Positions 47,366-58,839 of a stretch of 64,000 nt of DNA are shown in pieces. Below the pieces are notes generated by a model. That model did no database searches, was not told where the DNA came from, and saw only the letters and a program-made list of their open reading frames with translations. A program made the position numbers and the translations under genes. Within the stretch, counting starts at the first letter, position 1; the number at the start of each line of letters is the position of its first letter. Source of the stretch: Escherichia coli (GTDB taxonomy: Bacteria > Pseudomonadota > Gammaproteobacteria > Enterobacterales > Enterobacteriaceae); the NCBI RefSeq assembly GCF_013122565.1, contig NZ_CP053258.1; one strand, 5' to 3'.

Positions 47366-49468
47366 TTACGCCTTCGAATCCCGCAACTTGCGACTCAGCC
47401 AAATCCCGTGATGCGGTCGCTGACGCCATGCCATCGACGAAATGGTGTGCATGGTGTTCAGATGACCAATAACCCGCTGTAAATGCTGCTCCAGCGTACC
47501 TGCCGCGCCTTCGTGCGGCTGCATCTCCGGCGCATCCATGATATTGGCATCGCCAGAACTCCCCGGTTCGTCATACTCCAGTCGCTGCTGACAACGCTGA
47601 ATGGCGATTTCACAAGACTGCAAATATTCTTGCGCCAGTTCAGGCGGCAATGCCCGGTGTTCCCGTGCCAGCGTGGTCATGGCATTAATATGTTCAACAA
47701 TAAACTGACTGTGCGTTACCCACAGTTTCATATCTGCCAGATAATGGCTGTTGAATGCCGGTTCCTGCATCGCTTGATTCAATGAGTTATACAGAGTGTT
47801 ATGCGCCTGATTTACCCGCATTCGCTGCCAGGCCAGTGGGGTAGGTTGCGGGTCCTCGCTCAGAATCAAGCGAATCGCTTCCTGATAGGCTTCTAAAGCA
47901 TCATGGGCGTTTTTACGCAATAACCCGCTCTGCCACTGCGGCCACAGCCAGACGGTACCACCGAAAGCAATCAAACAACCAATAATGGTATCGATAAGAC
48001 GTGGAAGGATGTACTGCTCACCGTTCAGCCACAACAGTTGCAGGGTATACACTGCGGTAATAGTAAAACCGACCGTCGCCCAGCCGTAGTTTTTGCGCAA
48101 TATCAGGTAGCTGGCGAGGGTGGTAATCAGCATCAAGGTCAGGGTGTAACCTTCGGGAATTTTAAAGTGCAGCGCCACGCCCGCAATGATTAACCCAACC
48201 ACGGTTCCCACGGAGCGATTCACAATCCTCAGACGGGTTGCGCCATAGCCATTTTGCGTCACCAGCAATACCGTCATCAGGATCCAGTACGACTTCGGCA
48301 GATGCAGCGCGGTACCCATCAGGCTGGCAACGCTTAACATCACACTGAGTCGTCCGGCATTGCGTAGCGCCGGAGACTTTAGTGACAGATAACTTTTCAG
48401 CGCCGGAAGTAACGGCATTCGCCGCTGTTTATCGGCCAGTAAGTCACGGGCATAGAGCGGTTTTTGGGTGCGCAGCACGCGGGCAATGCGGCTGAAATGC
48501 CAGTAGCAGAATTGCCCAACCGGATTATCCGGATGCTGGCGGGCGATTTTTTCCAGTGCGCCAATTTGCTTTTCCATCGTAAAACGCGTCGGCAGGCGAT
48601 GGTAAAGAATGTCATCAGCCAGCACGCGCAGGCGAGCGGCGACGGTTTGCGCATTCCAGCGGATAACTTCTTCCGCATGGCTACGCTCGACCAGTTTTTG
48701 CACCTCTTCCGGCTGATGCAAACTGACCGAAATATGTTCCTGCAAATCCAGCGCCTCCTGGAAAATACGCAGCATCCGCTTGTAGTCAGTATTATTTTGC
48801 GCGGAAAGCATATGCATTTGCTGATAGCACTGGGTAATTAGATCGACCGCTTTTTGCTGGCGCACCAGCAGCGGCGGCAGCGCTTTTTCAGGGTCGGTGT
48901 GCTGGGTAAGCAGGCTGTATTTGGCTTCACAATAATCTGCCAGTTCACGGTATAGCAGACTTAGTGACTCGCGCAGCGGTTGTTCGCGCCAGATCCAGAA
49001 CCAAAACCAGTTAAACAATCCGTACCAGAGAGTGCCCAACGCATAGATGAGCAACGGTTCCCAGACCGGCATGTATCCCGCCAGACTGAGGGTAAAAATG
49101 GCGGCGAGCAGCGATGCGGGAAGCAATTTAGCGTGCAATGGCCCCAGCTCAGCAGTGACGCCAAGTACCAGCGTTAATCCGGTCAGCAAAAAGGGCAGGG
49201 GAACATCTTTTGCCAGTAGTAGCTGTGTCAGCAAGCTACAGGTGGCAAACAGCGACGCACCAATGATTAAGCGTTTGAAAAAACGTTTATGAGGCGTATC
49301 AAGGCCCGCAATATTGCAACAGGCAGGAACGAGGGAGAAGAGCAGACCGAATCGTAATTCGCCAAGCATTAACCCAACGGCCACGGGCAAACATAGCACC
49401 AGCGTTTGTCGCAGTGCATAGTTGATATCGGGGTGATAAATCAGTCTGCGCCACATCGGGGGAAACAA
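47366..49468 (-). CDS. yhfK: Inner-membrane protein YhfK (FUSC/AaeB-like)
   Basis: ORF-track 700 aa, two hydrophobic blocks separated by a soluble domain. Confidence 0.85.
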   Translation of the reverse strand: MFPPMWRRLIYHPDINYALRQTLVLCLPVAVGLMLGELRFGLLFSLVPACCNIAGLDTPHKRFFKRLIIGASLFATCSLLTQLLLAKDVPLPFLLTGLTLVLGVTAELGPLHAKLLPASLLAAIFTLSLAGYMPVWEPLLIYALGTLWYGLFNWFWFWIWREQPLRESLSLLYRELADYCEAKYSLLTQHTDPEKALPPLLVRQQKAVDLITQCYQQMHMLSAQNNTDYKRMLRIFQEALDLQEHISVSLHQPEEVQKLVERSHAEEVIRWNAQTVAARLRVLADDILYHRLPTRFTMEKQIGALEKIARQHPDNPVGQFCYWHFSRIARVLRTQKPLYARDLLADKQRRMPLLPALKSYLSLKSPALRNAGRLSVMLSVASLMGTALHLPKSYWILMTVLLVTQNGYGATRLRIVNRSVGTVVGLIIAGVALHFKIPEGYTLTLMLITTLASYLILRKNYGWATVGFTITAVYTLQLLWLNGEQYILPRLIDTIIGCLIAFGGTVWLWPQWQSGLLRKNAHDALEAYQEAIRLILSEDPQPTPLAWQRMRVNQAHNTLYNSLNQAMQEPAFNSHYLADMKLWVTHSQFIVEHINAMTTLAREHRALPPELAQEYLQSCEIAIQRCQQRLEYDEPGSSGDANIMDAPEMQPHEGAAGTLEQHLQRVIGHLNTMHTISSMAWRQRPHHGIWLSRKLRDSKA

Positions 49469-49506
49469 AATGGCGCGCTACTCAGTAACGCGCCACTCCG
49501 ACGGGA

Positions 49507-50139
49507 TTAACGAGTGCCGTAAACGACGATGGTTTTACCGTGTGCGGAGATCAGGTTCTGATCTTCCAGCATCTTCAGAATGCGTCCCACGGTTTCACGA
49601 GAACAGCCGACAATCTGACCAATTTCCTGACGGGTAATTTTGATTTGCATACCGTCCGGGTGAGTCATAGCGTCTGGTTGTTTTGCCAGGTTCAGCAGAG
49701 TCTGTGCAATACGGCCCGTCACGTCGAGGAACGCCAGGTTGCCCACTTTCTCTGAAGTGACTTGCAGACGACGCGCCATCTGTGCAGACAGACGCATCAG
49801 AATGTCCGGATTTACCTGAATCAATTGGCGAAATTTTTTGTACGAAATTTCAGCCACTTCACAGGCGGTTTTCGCACGTACCCATGCGCTACGTTCCTGG
49901 CCCTCTTCAAACAGGCCCAGTTCGCCAATAAAATCACCCTGATTCAGATAGGAGAGGATCATTTCTTTACCCTCCTCGTCTTTGATCAGCACTGCCACAG
50001 AGCCTTTAACGATGTAGTACAGCGTTTCCGCTTTTTCACCCTGGTGAATAAGCGTGCTCTTGGATGGGTACTTATGAATGTGGCAATGAGACAAGAACCA
50101 TTCGAGAGTCGGGTCTGTTTGCGGTTTGCCAAGCACCAT
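49507..50139 (-). CDS. crp: cAMP receptor protein
   Basis: ORF-track 210 aa beginning [48 protein letters not shown]; C-terminal [14 protein letters not shown]. Confidence 0.97.
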
Positions 50140-50440
50140 GCGCGGTTATCCTCTGTTATAAGCTTTCTCCAGAGCCAGATAACGCCGCTGTCTCTGGATT
50201 GCCGAAATATGCTTCCCGCTACCTGGGAAGGGGCTATCAACTGTACTGCACGGTAATGTGACGTCCTTTGCATACATGCAGTACATCAATGTATTACTGT
50301 AGCATCCTGACTGTTTTAGCATAGCTTTCGCTTTGTGTCTCCTGGTGTCTCGCTTCAGCATGACCCAGGTCGCCTTCCGTTGCGCGATTTGGTTAGTACG
50401 CGTACTCTGTCAGGAAAATTGACGCAGTGGAGTAGCAAAA

Positions 50441-50845
50441 ATGCAAGCGCGAGTGAAGTGGGTCGAAGGGTTAACTTTTTTGGGCGAATCCGCCTCTGGT
50501 CACCAGATTTTAATGGACGGCAACTCAGGCGATAAAGCACCAAGTCCGATGGAAATGGTGTTGATGGCGGCGGGTGGTTGCAGTGCCATCGATGTGGTTT
50601 CGATCCTGCAAAAAGGGCGTCAGGATGTGGTCGATTGTGAAGTAAAATTGACCTCTGAACGCCGCGAAGAGGCACCACGCCTGTTTACGCACATTAATCT
50701 GCATTTTATCGTCACCGGTCGCGACCTGAAAGACGCAGCGGTTGCGCGTGCGGTTGATCTCTCTGCTGAGAAATATTGTTCAGTGGCGTTGATGCTGGAA
50801 AAAGCGGTGAATATTACTCACTCGTATGAAGTGGTTGCCGCGTGA
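50441..50845 (+). CDS. yhfA: OsmC-family protein YhfA
   Basis: ORF-track 134 aa; divergent from crp. Confidence 0.85.
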   Translation: MQARVKWVEGLTFLGESASGHQILMDGNSGDKAPSPMEMVLMAAGGCSAIDVVSILQKGRQDVVDCEVKLTSERREEAPRLFTHINLHFIVTGRDLKDAAVARAVDLSAEKYCSVALMLEKAVNITHSYEVVAA

Positions 50846-50899
50846 TTTAACTATCCCGTTGTGAAGCCGGATAGTATTTTATCCGGCGTAATAGCAGAG

Positions 50900-51769
50900 T
50901 TACTCGATTTTCTTTCCTTCCATCAATCGTTGCACCAGCGGCAGCATAATTAATTCCATTGCCAGACCCATTTTGCCGCCGGGCACCACTAACGTATTGA
51001 TGTGGGAAATGAATGAGCCTTGCAACATCGCCAGCAGCCAGGGGAAATCGATCCCTTCCAGATTACGAAAATGGATCACCACAAAGCTTTCATCCAGCGA
51101 CGGGATACCTTTTGCCGCGAACGGGTTTGAAGTGTCGACGGTGGGAACGCGCTGGAAGTTAAGATGGGTGCGGGAAAACTGCGGTGTGATGTAGTTGATA
51201 TAGTCTTCCATTGAACGCACTACTGAGTCCATCACTGCTTCTCGTGAGTGCCCGCGCTCGCTGGTGTCGCGGATCAGTTTTTGAATCCACTCAAGGTTAA
51301 CGATAGGCACCACGCCGACCAGTAAGTCCACATGCTGCGCAACGTTATGCTGTGGCGTGACTACACCGCCGTGTAAACCTTCATAAAACAGTACATCAGT
51401 GGGTTCCGGTAAAGGTTGCCAGGGGGTGAATGTTCCCGGTACCTGATTCCAGGGTACGGCTTCGTCGTAGGTATGCAGATATTTGCGAGATTTCCCTTTG
51501 CCGCTCTGACCGTATTCAATGAAGGTTTGTTCCAGCAGGCCGAAGTCGTTCGCTTCGGGGCCGAAGTAGCTGATATGCCGCCCGGCGTCACGCGCTTTAC
51601 GGATCGCCATGTCCATTTCCGGGCGGGTGTAACGGTGAAAACTGTCGCCTTCCACCTCAGCTGCATGCAGATTTAACTGCGCGAATATTTTACGAAACGC
51701 GAGGCTGGTGGTGGTGGTCCCCGCGCCGCTGGATCCTGTTACCGCAATGACCGGATGTTTGGCAGACAT
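50900..51769 (-). CDS. prkB: Phosphoribulokinase homologue
   Basis: ORF-track 289 aa; P-loop GSSGAGTTT. Confidence 0.9.
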   Translation of the reverse strand: MSAKHPVIAVTGSSGAGTTTTSLAFRKIFAQLNLHAAEVEGDSFHRYTRPEMDMAIRKARDAGRHISYFGPEANDFGLLEQTFIEYGQSGKGKSRKYLHTYDEAVPWNQVPGTFTPWQPLPEPTDVLFYEGLHGGVVTPQHNVAQHVDLLVGVVPIVNLEWIQKLIRDTSERGHSREAVMDSVVRSMEDYINYITPQFSRTHLNFQRVPTVDTSNPFAAKGIPSLDESFVVIHFRNLEGIDFPWLLAMLQGSFISHINTLVVPGGKMGLAMELIMLPLVQRLMEGKKIE

Positions 51770-51822
51770 AGTAACTCCATGACTTAGCTATCATTATTAT
51801 CTCGTCCGCCGACGGTTGCAGG

Positions 51823-52041
51823 CTATTCGCGAAACTGACTGCGCGGCATGATATTGACCGTTTCGTGCAGCTCCGACCATACCAGCACCGCTTCTCCGCA
51901 CTGTAGCTGGCGTTTGACGTCGGCGACTTTCTGTTCAAGTGTACGCTCATGTTCACCATAATCGGTGCCTTCACGTAACACAAAGCTTTCAATTAAATTT
52001 TCCAGCGTTTCGGGGGAGAGGTCTTGCCACGGAATCAACAT
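51823..52041 (-). CDS. yheU: YheU (UPF0270 family, 72 aa)
   Basis: ORF-track 72 aa; start overlaps the yheT stop by 7 bp. Confidence 0.8.
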
Positions 52042-53057
52042 GATTTCGCCTCCAGATACGTTGTTAACCAGTCAGGAATGCGTGACTCCAGCCACATTTG
52101 CGGATGAAGTAATGTACCGCCAATAAAGCCAACATGACCGCCATGTTCAGTCAGTTGATACTCCACCTGCGGGGGGAGACTTTCCGGTTTCGGGATCACC
52201 TGATGATCCATAAACGGATCGTCTTTGGCGTGAATAATCAGCGTCGGTTTGGCGATCCGGTTCAGCATCGGCATGGCGCTACACTGACGATAATAGTCGA
52301 TAGCGTCAGCGTAGCCGTGAATTCTGGCGGTGATGAGATCGTCAAATTCACGGATGCGACGTACCGATTTTAACTGCGCGAGATTAATCGGCAGTGTTCC
52401 GGGGTAGGCTGCCAGCTTGCGCGCGGCATTGGCTTTTAACAGGTTCAGCAAGTAACGCTGATAAACGCGGGAAAAGCCCTTTTCCATATGATAGCTACAG
52501 GCTTCCAGCATAAACGGCGCAGAGACAATCACCGCCGCATCAACAGGGAGATCATTGCCTTCTTTTGCCAGCAAACAGGCCAGCATATTACCGCCGAGCG
52601 AATAGCCGACGGCAGCCGTTGGCGCATGACCAAATTCGCGTTGCAGCCAGCGTAAAAACCAACTGGCGTCTTCGGTTTCGCCCGAATGGTAAATGCGGTG
52701 CATACGGTTTGGTTCACCGCTGCATCCGCGAAAATGCATCACCACGCCCAGCCAGCCGCGCTTTTGCGCCGCCTCAACCAGACCGTGGGCGTAAGGGCTA
52801 TTGAGACTGCCTTCGAGACCGTGAAACACCACTAAACGCGGTTTATGTTTCGCCTGTGCGGGGTTTTCACTCCACGCGAGATCGACAAAATCGCCGTCGG
52901 GCAACTCCAGCCGCTGCCAGTGCGGGGTGAATTTCACCTGGCGACGAAACAGACGCGGCAGCATGGTTTGTAGATGACAATTGCTAAAGCCGCGCATGGG
53001 GGTGAATTCAGCACTGCTGCTGAATTCATTGGCATCGGTCGTCGTTATCTGCGCCAT
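52035..53057 (-). CDS. yheT: Alpha/beta-hydrolase YheT
   Basis: ORF-track 340 aa; nucleophile elbow GYSLGGN; start abuts the yheS stop. Confidence 0.85.
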
Positions 53058-54970
53058 CAGTTGCTTTGGCCTTCCAGCAGCATCTGCTCAAGCTGCTCCT
53101 GGGCTTCCAGCCACGCCATTTCACACTCTTCCAGGCCGGATTTGGCGCTGGCTTGCTGTTGCAGGCAGGCGGTCAGCTCCGCTTTACGGCTTTGATCGTA
53201 CAGTTCGCTGTCGCCGAGTTTCTCTTCCGCCTGCGCCAGCTGTGCGTTCAGCTTTTCCATCTCTTTTTCCAGACGGGCGATCTCTTTACGCAGCGGTTGG
53301 GTTTGCGCACGCAGCTCCGCTTCCCGACGCTTCTGATCTTTACGTGCCTGGGCGCTGTTTGCGTTCTCTTTTGGCGCTTCGTCGGTCTGGTTTTCTTGCT
53401 TTTGTACGTCGCTCAACCACTGTTGATAATCTTCCAGATCGCCGTCGAACGGTTCGACTTTACGATCGTGAACCAGGTAGAGGTCGTCAGTGGTGGAACG
53501 CAGCAAATGACGGTCGTGCGAAACGACAACCAGCGCGCCTTCAAACTCGATTAATGCTTCGGTGAGTGCCTGACGCATGTCGAGGTCAAGGTGGTTAGTC
53601 GGTTCGTCGAGCAGCAGCAGATTCGGCCGCTGCCAGACAATTAATGCCAGCACCAGGCGGGCTTTTTCCCCACCTGAGAAGCGGCGCGTTTCTTCGGTTA
53701 CTTTATCGCCCTGGAAACCAAAGCCGCCGAGGTAGTCACGCAGTTTTTGCTCCAGTTCCTGCGGCGCTAAACGTGCCAGATGTTGAATAGGCGATTCGTC
53801 GGCGCGCAGGTATTCAAGTTGATGCTGGGCGAAGTAGCCGAGCTTGATCCCTTTTGCCAGGCCTATTTCACCACTGACTGGCGCAAGTTCACCGGCTAAC
53901 AGTTTGATTAATGTCGATTTACCCGCGCCGTTGCGGCCTAACAGACCAATGCGCGAACCGGGGACCAGATTCAGTTTAATCGAGTCGAGAACAATGCGAT
54001 CGCCATAGCCTGCGCTGACCTTTTCCATCTTCAGTAACGGATTTGGCAGACTTTCCGGCGCGCGGAAGCTAAAGCGGAACGGGTTGTCGACGTGCGCGGG
54101 GGCAATCAGCTCCATACGCTCGAGCATCTTAATGCGGCTCTGGGCCTGCTTCGCTTTGGTGGCTTTGGCACGGAAACGGTCGATATAACTTTGCAGATGC
54201 GCTACGCGTTCCTGCTGGCTTTCGTACATCGCTTGTTGCTGCGCCAGACGGGTGGCGCGCTGTACTTCAAACGAACTGTAGTTGCCGGTGTACTCGAACA
54301 TGCTTTGTTGTTCGATATGAATAATTTTATCGACGATCGGATCGAGGAAGTCGCGGTCGTGAGAGATCAGGATCAGCGTGCCCTGATAGCTCTTCAGCCA
54401 TTTTTCCAGCCAGATAACGGCATCGAGATCGAGGTGGTTAGTCGGTTCGTCGAGCAGCAGCAAGTCTGAACGGCAAATCAGCGCCTGGGCAAGGTTAAGA
54501 CGCATACGCCAGCCACCAGAGAAATCACTTACCGGGCGCTCCAGTTGTTCATTGCTGAAACCGAGGCCGTGCAGCAGGCTGGCGGCACGGGAGCGAATAC
54601 TCCATGCGTCAATAGCATCCAGCTTGCCATGAATGGTCGCAATGGCGTGCCCGTCGTTACGTTCGTTGGCGTCGTGTAGCTGCGCTTCCAGTTGACGATA
54701 TTCACGGTCGCCGTCAATGACATATTCCAGCGCCGCTTGCGGTAACGCCGGCGTTTCCTGATTCACCCACGCCAGTTGCCAGCTTCCCGGAAAGGTGTAG
54801 CTGCCGCCGTCGGCGCTGATTTCATTTTTCAGCAATGCCAGCAGGGTAGATTTACCACAGCCGTTTTTACCCACCAGGCCGACTTTCTGCCCGGGGTTGA
54901 TGGTGGCGGTGGCATTATCCAGCAGGACGCGCACGCCGCGACGAATTTGTAACGAGGAGAAAACAATCAT
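53057..54970 (-). CDS. yheS: ABC-F family ATPase YheS (two ABC domains, no TM domain)
   Basis: ORF-track 637 aa; two Walker A motifs (GKNGCGKST, GRNGAGKST), two signature motifs, C-terminal coiled-coil. Confidence 0.9.
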   Translation of the reverse strand: MIVFSSLQIRRGVRVLLDNATATINPGQKVGLVGKNGCGKSTLLALLKNEISADGGSYTFPGSWQLAWVNQETPALPQAALEYVIDGDREYRQLEAQLHDANERNDGHAIATIHGKLDAIDAWSIRSRAASLLHGLGFSNEQLERPVSDFSGGWRMRLNLAQALICRSDLLLLDEPTNHLDLDAVIWLEKWLKSYQGTLILISHDRDFLDPIVDKIIHIEQQSMFEYTGNYSSFEVQRATRLAQQQAMYESQQERVAHLQSYIDRFRAKATKAKQAQSRIKMLERMELIAPAHVDNPFRFSFRAPESLPNPLLKMEKVSAGYGDRIVLDSIKLNLVPGSRIGLLGRNGAGKSTLIKLLAGELAPVSGEIGLAKGIKLGYFAQHQLEYLRADESPIQHLARLAPQELEQKLRDYLGGFGFQGDKVTEETRRFSGGEKARLVLALIVWQRPNLLLLDEPTNHLDLDMRQALTEALIEFEGALVVVSHDRHLLRSTTDDLYLVHDRKVEPFDGDLEDYQQWLSDVQKQENQTDEAPKENANSAQARKDQKRREAELRAQTQPLRKEIARLEKEMEKLNAQLAQAEEKLGDSELYDQSRKAELTACLQQQASAKSGLEECEMAWLEAQEQLEQMLLEGQSN

Positions 54971-55097
54971 AAGGCGCCGTATGTTCAGACTATGTTAACT
55001 TATCATTATGATAATGTAATGTATGGGCGAGCTGCCGCACCGGGCGCAATGGTAGCCCAAAACAGCGACTATACACAAAAACCATACCGGGAGGGGG

Positions 55098-55652
55098 ATG
55101 ATGTCTCAGCCAGCGAAAGTTTTGCTGCTGTATGCCCATCCGGAATCTCAGGACTCGGTGGCAAACCGGGTACTGCTTAAACCGGCCACGCAGCTCAGCA
55201 ATGTTACCGTGCACGACCTTTACGCGCACTATCCCGATTTTTTTATTGATATCCCCCGTGAGCAGGCATTACTGCGCGAGCACGAGGTGATTGTCTTTCA
55301 GCATCCTCTTTATACCTATAGCTGCCCGGCGCTACTGAAAGAGTGGCTGGACAGGGTATTAAGCCGTGGTTTTGCCAGCGGGCCGGGAGGAAACCAACTG
55401 GCGGGAAAGTACTGGCGTAGCGTGATTACCACCGGCGAGCCGGAAAGTGCTTACCGTTATGACGCGTTGAATCGCTACCCGATGAGCGATGTCCTGCGCC
55501 CCTTTGAACTGGCGGCGGGCATGTGCCGGATGCATTGGTTAAGTCCCATCATTATTTACTGGGCGAGACGGCAAAGCGCACAGGAGCTGGCGAGCCACGC
55601 CAGAGCCTACGGTGACTGGCTGGCAAATCCGCTGTCTCCAGGAGGCCGCTGA
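55098..55652 (+). CDS. kefG: KefB ancillary protein (flavodoxin-like quinone oxidoreductase fold)
   Basis: ORF-track 184 aa; stop overlaps the kefB start. Confidence 0.85.
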
Positions 55653-57457
55653 TGGAAGGTTCCGATTTTTTACTCGCAGGAGTGTTGTTTCTCTTCGCGG
55701 CGGTGGCTGCGGTGCCGCTGGCATCGCGGCTGGGTATTGGCGCTGTGTTGGGATATTTGCTGGCAGGGATTGCAATTGGCCCGTGGGGGCTGGGGTTTAT
55801 TAGCGACGTCGATGAGATCCTCCACTTTTCGGAACTCGGCGTGGTGTTCCTGATGTTTATCATCGGCCTTGAGTTGAATCCCTCCAAGCTTTGGCAACTG
55901 CGGCGTTCGATTTTTGGCGTAGGCGCGGCACAGGTGCTGTTAAGCGCGGCGTTGCTGGCGGGATTATTGATGCTGACGGATTTCGCCTGGCAGGCGGCGG
56001 TGGTCGGTGGCATTGGCCTTGCGATGTCTTCGACCGCAATGGCGTTGCAACTGATGCGTGAGAAAGGGATGAATCGTAGCGAATCCGGGCAGCTCGGGTT
56101 TTCGGTTCTGCTGTTTCAGGATCTGGCAGTGATCCCGGCACTGGCGTTAGTGCCGTTGTTGGCGGGGTCGGCAGACGAACATTTTGACTGGATGAAGATC
56201 GGCATGAAGGTGCTGGCGTTTGTTGGCATGCTGATTGGCGGGCGCTATTTACTGCGTCCGGTATTCCGTTTTATTGCAGCTTCTGGCGTGAGGGAAGTGT
56301 TCACCGCCGCGACGTTACTGCTGGTGTTGGGTTCCGCATTGTTTATGGATGCGCTTGGGCTGTCGATGGCGCTCGGTACGTTTATTGCGGGCGTGCTGCT
56401 GGCGGAAAGTGAATATCGCCATGAACTGGAAACGGCTATCGATCCCTTCAAAGGCTTGCTGCTCGGTTTGTTCTTTATCTCTGTCGGCATGTCACTCAAT
56501 CTCGGGGTGCTTTATACCCATCTGTTGTGGGTAGTGATAAGCGTGGTTGTGCTGGTGACGGTGAAAATTCTCGTGCTATATCTGCTGGCGCGATTATATG
56601 GCGTGCGTAGCTCAGAGCGGATGCAGTTTGCTGGCGTGTTGAGTCAGGGCGGCGAGTTTGCCTTTGTCCTCTTTTCTACTGCTTCTTCGCAACGGTTGTT
56701 TCAGGGCGACCAGATGGCGCTGTTGTTGGTGACGGTAACGCTTTCTATGATGACCACGCCACTGCTGATGAAGCTGGTGGATAAATGGCTATCCCGCCAG
56801 TTTAACGGACCAGAAGAAGAAGACGAAAAACCGTGGGTCAACGATGATAAACCGCAGGTCATTGTCGTGGGCTTCGGGCGTTTTGGGCAGGTGATTGGTC
56901 GTTTGCTGATGGCAAATAAAATGCGCATTACTGTGCTGGAGCGGGATATCAGCGCCGTTAACCTGATGCGTAAATATGGCTACAAAGTTTATTACGGTGA
57001 TGCCACGCAAGTCGATCTGTTGCGCTCTGCAGGTGCCGAGGCCGCAGAATCTATCGTGATCACCTGTAACGAACCGGAAGACACCATGAAGCTGGTGGAA
57101 ATATGCCAGCAGCACTTTCCGCATTTGCATATTCTTGCGCGAGCGCGCGGACGTGTGGAAGCGCATGAGTTATTACAGGCAGGGGTGACGCAGTTTTCCC
57201 GTGAAACATTCTCCAGTGCGTTAGAGCTGGGGCGCAAGACGCTGGTCACGCTTGGCATGCATCCGCATCAGGCACAGCGGGCGCAACTGCATTTTCGCCG
57301 CCTGGATATGCGGATGCTGCGAGAGCTCATCCCAATGCATACCGATACCGTACAAATTTCTCGCGCCAGGGAAGCCCGACGCGAACTGGAAGAGATTTTC
57401 CAGCGTGAAATGCAACAAGAACGACGCCAGCTTGACGGCTGGGATGAATTTGAGTAG
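55652..57457 (+). CDS. kefB: Glutathione-regulated K+ efflux system protein KefB
   Basis: ORF-track 601 aa; N-terminal CPA2 transporter domain plus C-terminal KTN/RCK domain ([11 protein letters not shown]). Confidence 0.92.
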   Translation: MEGSDFLLAGVLFLFAAVAAVPLASRLGIGAVLGYLLAGIAIGPWGLGFISDVDEILHFSELGVVFLMFIIGLELNPSKLWQLRRSIFGVGAAQVLLSAALLAGLLMLTDFAWQAAVVGGIGLAMSSTAMALQLMREKGMNRSESGQLGFSVLLFQDLAVIPALALVPLLAGSADEHFDWMKIGMKVLAFVGMLIGGRYLLRPVFRFIAASGVREVFTAATLLLVLGSALFMDALGLSMALGTFIAGVLLAESEYRHELETAIDPFKGLLLGLFFISVGMSLNLGVLYTHLLWVVISVVVLVTVKILVLYLLARLYGVRSSERMQFAGVLSQGGEFAFVLFSTASSQRLFQGDQMALLLVTVTLSMMTTPLLMKLVDKWLSRQFNGPEEEDEKPWVNDDKPQVIVVGFGRFGQVIGRLLMANKMRITVLERDISAVNLMRKYGYKVYYGDATQVDLLRSAGAEAAESIVITCNEPEDTMKLVEICQQHFPHLHILARARGRVEAHELLQAGVTQFSRETFSSALELGRKTLVTLGMHPHQAQRAQLHFRRLDMRMLRELIPMHTDTVQISRAREARRELEEIFQREMQQERRQLDGWDEFE

Positions 57458-57466
57458 AGGGTAAAG

Positions 57467-57667
57467 ATGGCAATCCGAAAACGTTTTATTGCGGGCGCAA
57501 AATGCCCGGCCTGTCAGGCGCAGGATTCAATGGCGATGTGGCGCGAAAATAATATTGATATTGTTGAATGTGTTAAGTGTGGACATCAGATGCGAGAAGC
57601 AGACAAAGAAGCCCGCGATCACGTTCGCAAAGATGAGCAAGTGATCGGGATTTTTCATCCGGACTAG
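57467..57667 (+). CDS. yheV: Small zinc-ribbon-like protein YheV
   Basis: ORF-track 66 aa with CPAC...CVKCGH cysteine pairs. Confidence 0.75.
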   Translation: MAIRKRFIAGAKCPACQAQDSMAMWRENNIDIVECVKCGHQMREADKEARDHVRKDEQVIGIFHPD

Positions 57668-57761
57668 CGATATGCGCCGAGTTTTTTTAAGCTAGTGAGT
57701 ACACGGCTGCAGAATTCCGCTACAATCTGCGCCACTATTCTTCCCATGCTCAGGAGATATC

Positions 57762-58352
57762 ATGAAAGTAGCAAAAGACCTGGTGGTCAGCCTGGCCTAT
57801 CAGGTACGTACAGAAGACGGTGTGTTGGTTGATGAGTCTCCGGTGAGTGCGCCGCTGGACTACCTGCATGGTCACGGTTCCCTGATCTCTGGCCTGGAAA
57901 CGGCGCTGGAAGGTCATGAAGTTGGCGACAAATTTGATGTCGCTGTTGGCGCGAACGACGCTTACGGTCAGTACGACGAAAACCTGGTGCAACGTGTGCC
58001 TAAAGACGTATTTATGGGCGTTGATGAACTGCAGGTAGGTATGCGTTTCCTGGCTGAAACCGACCAGGGTCCGGTACCGGTTGAAATCACTGCGGTTGAA
58101 GACGATCACGTCGTGGTTGATGGTAACCACATGCTGGCCGGTCAGAACCTGAAATTCAACGTTGAAGTTGTGGCGATTCGCGAAGCGACTGAAGAAGAGC
58201 TGGCTCATGGCCACGTTCACGGTGCGCACGATCATCACCACGATCACGACCACGACGGTTGCTGCGGCGGTCATGGCCACGATCACGGCCATGAACACGG
58301 TGGCGAAGGCTGCTGTGGCGGTAAAGGCAACGGCGGTTGCGGTTGCCACTAA
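57762..58352 (+). CDS. slyD: FKBP-type peptidyl-prolyl isomerase/metallochaperone SlyD
   Basis: ORF-track 196 aa beginning MKVAKDLVVSLAYQVRTEDGVLVDESP; His/Cys/Asp-rich C-terminal tail. Confidence 0.95.
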   Translation: MKVAKDLVVSLAYQVRTEDGVLVDESPVSAPLDYLHGHGSLISGLETALEGHEVGDKFDVAVGANDAYGQYDENLVQRVPKDVFMGVDELQVGMRFLAETDQGPVPVEITAVEDDHVVVDGNHMLAGQNLKFNVEVVAIREATEEELAHGHVHGAHDHHHDHDHDGCCGGHGHDHGHEHGGEGCCGGKGNGGCGCH

Positions 58353-58365
58353 TACCGAAAAAGTG

Positions 58366-58396
58366 ACAAAAAAGCGGGGAATCCCCGCTTTTTTTA
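58366..58396. terminator. Bidirectional intrinsic terminator between slyD and slyX
   Basis: aaaaaa-gcgggg-aat-ccccgc-ttttttt: GC hairpin with A-run and T-run on either side. Confidence 0.75.
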
Positions 58397-58400
58397 CGCC

Positions 58401-58619
58401 TCAATAATGTGGCGGTGGCGTTTCTTCAGCCTGCGACGCAATGTTCGACGGCTGGCTGGCTTTTAACTTCTCGGTCAGCAGACGCAGATGATCGCGCAGT
58501 TTCGCCATCTCCATTTCATGAGCGGTCACCGTGACGTTCAGTTCTTCAATGGTGATTTCCTGAAAAGCCAGTCGGCTCTCCAGCTCTGCCAGGCGTGCTT
58601 CCAATGATAAATCCTGCAT
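58401..58619 (-). CDS. slyX: SlyX (coiled-coil small protein)
   Basis: ORF-track 72 aa; convergent with slyD. Confidence 0.85.
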
Positions 58620-58839
58620 GATTCACCTCTTTTGTCGAATGGTCGCCGCGGATTCTACTTAACTTTGCTGCCCGAGACAGCACTCATTTCGCGGTCATCG
58701 AAACTAATTTAAACAAAAAGAGTCTGAAAATAGATGATAATAGGGCGTGTCTGTATGTAGATTTGTTCGACAACGCTTTATAGTACCCTTCTGATAATAG
58801 TTAACCCTGGGGTGAGATGCCCCGATCCTGGAGATATGG

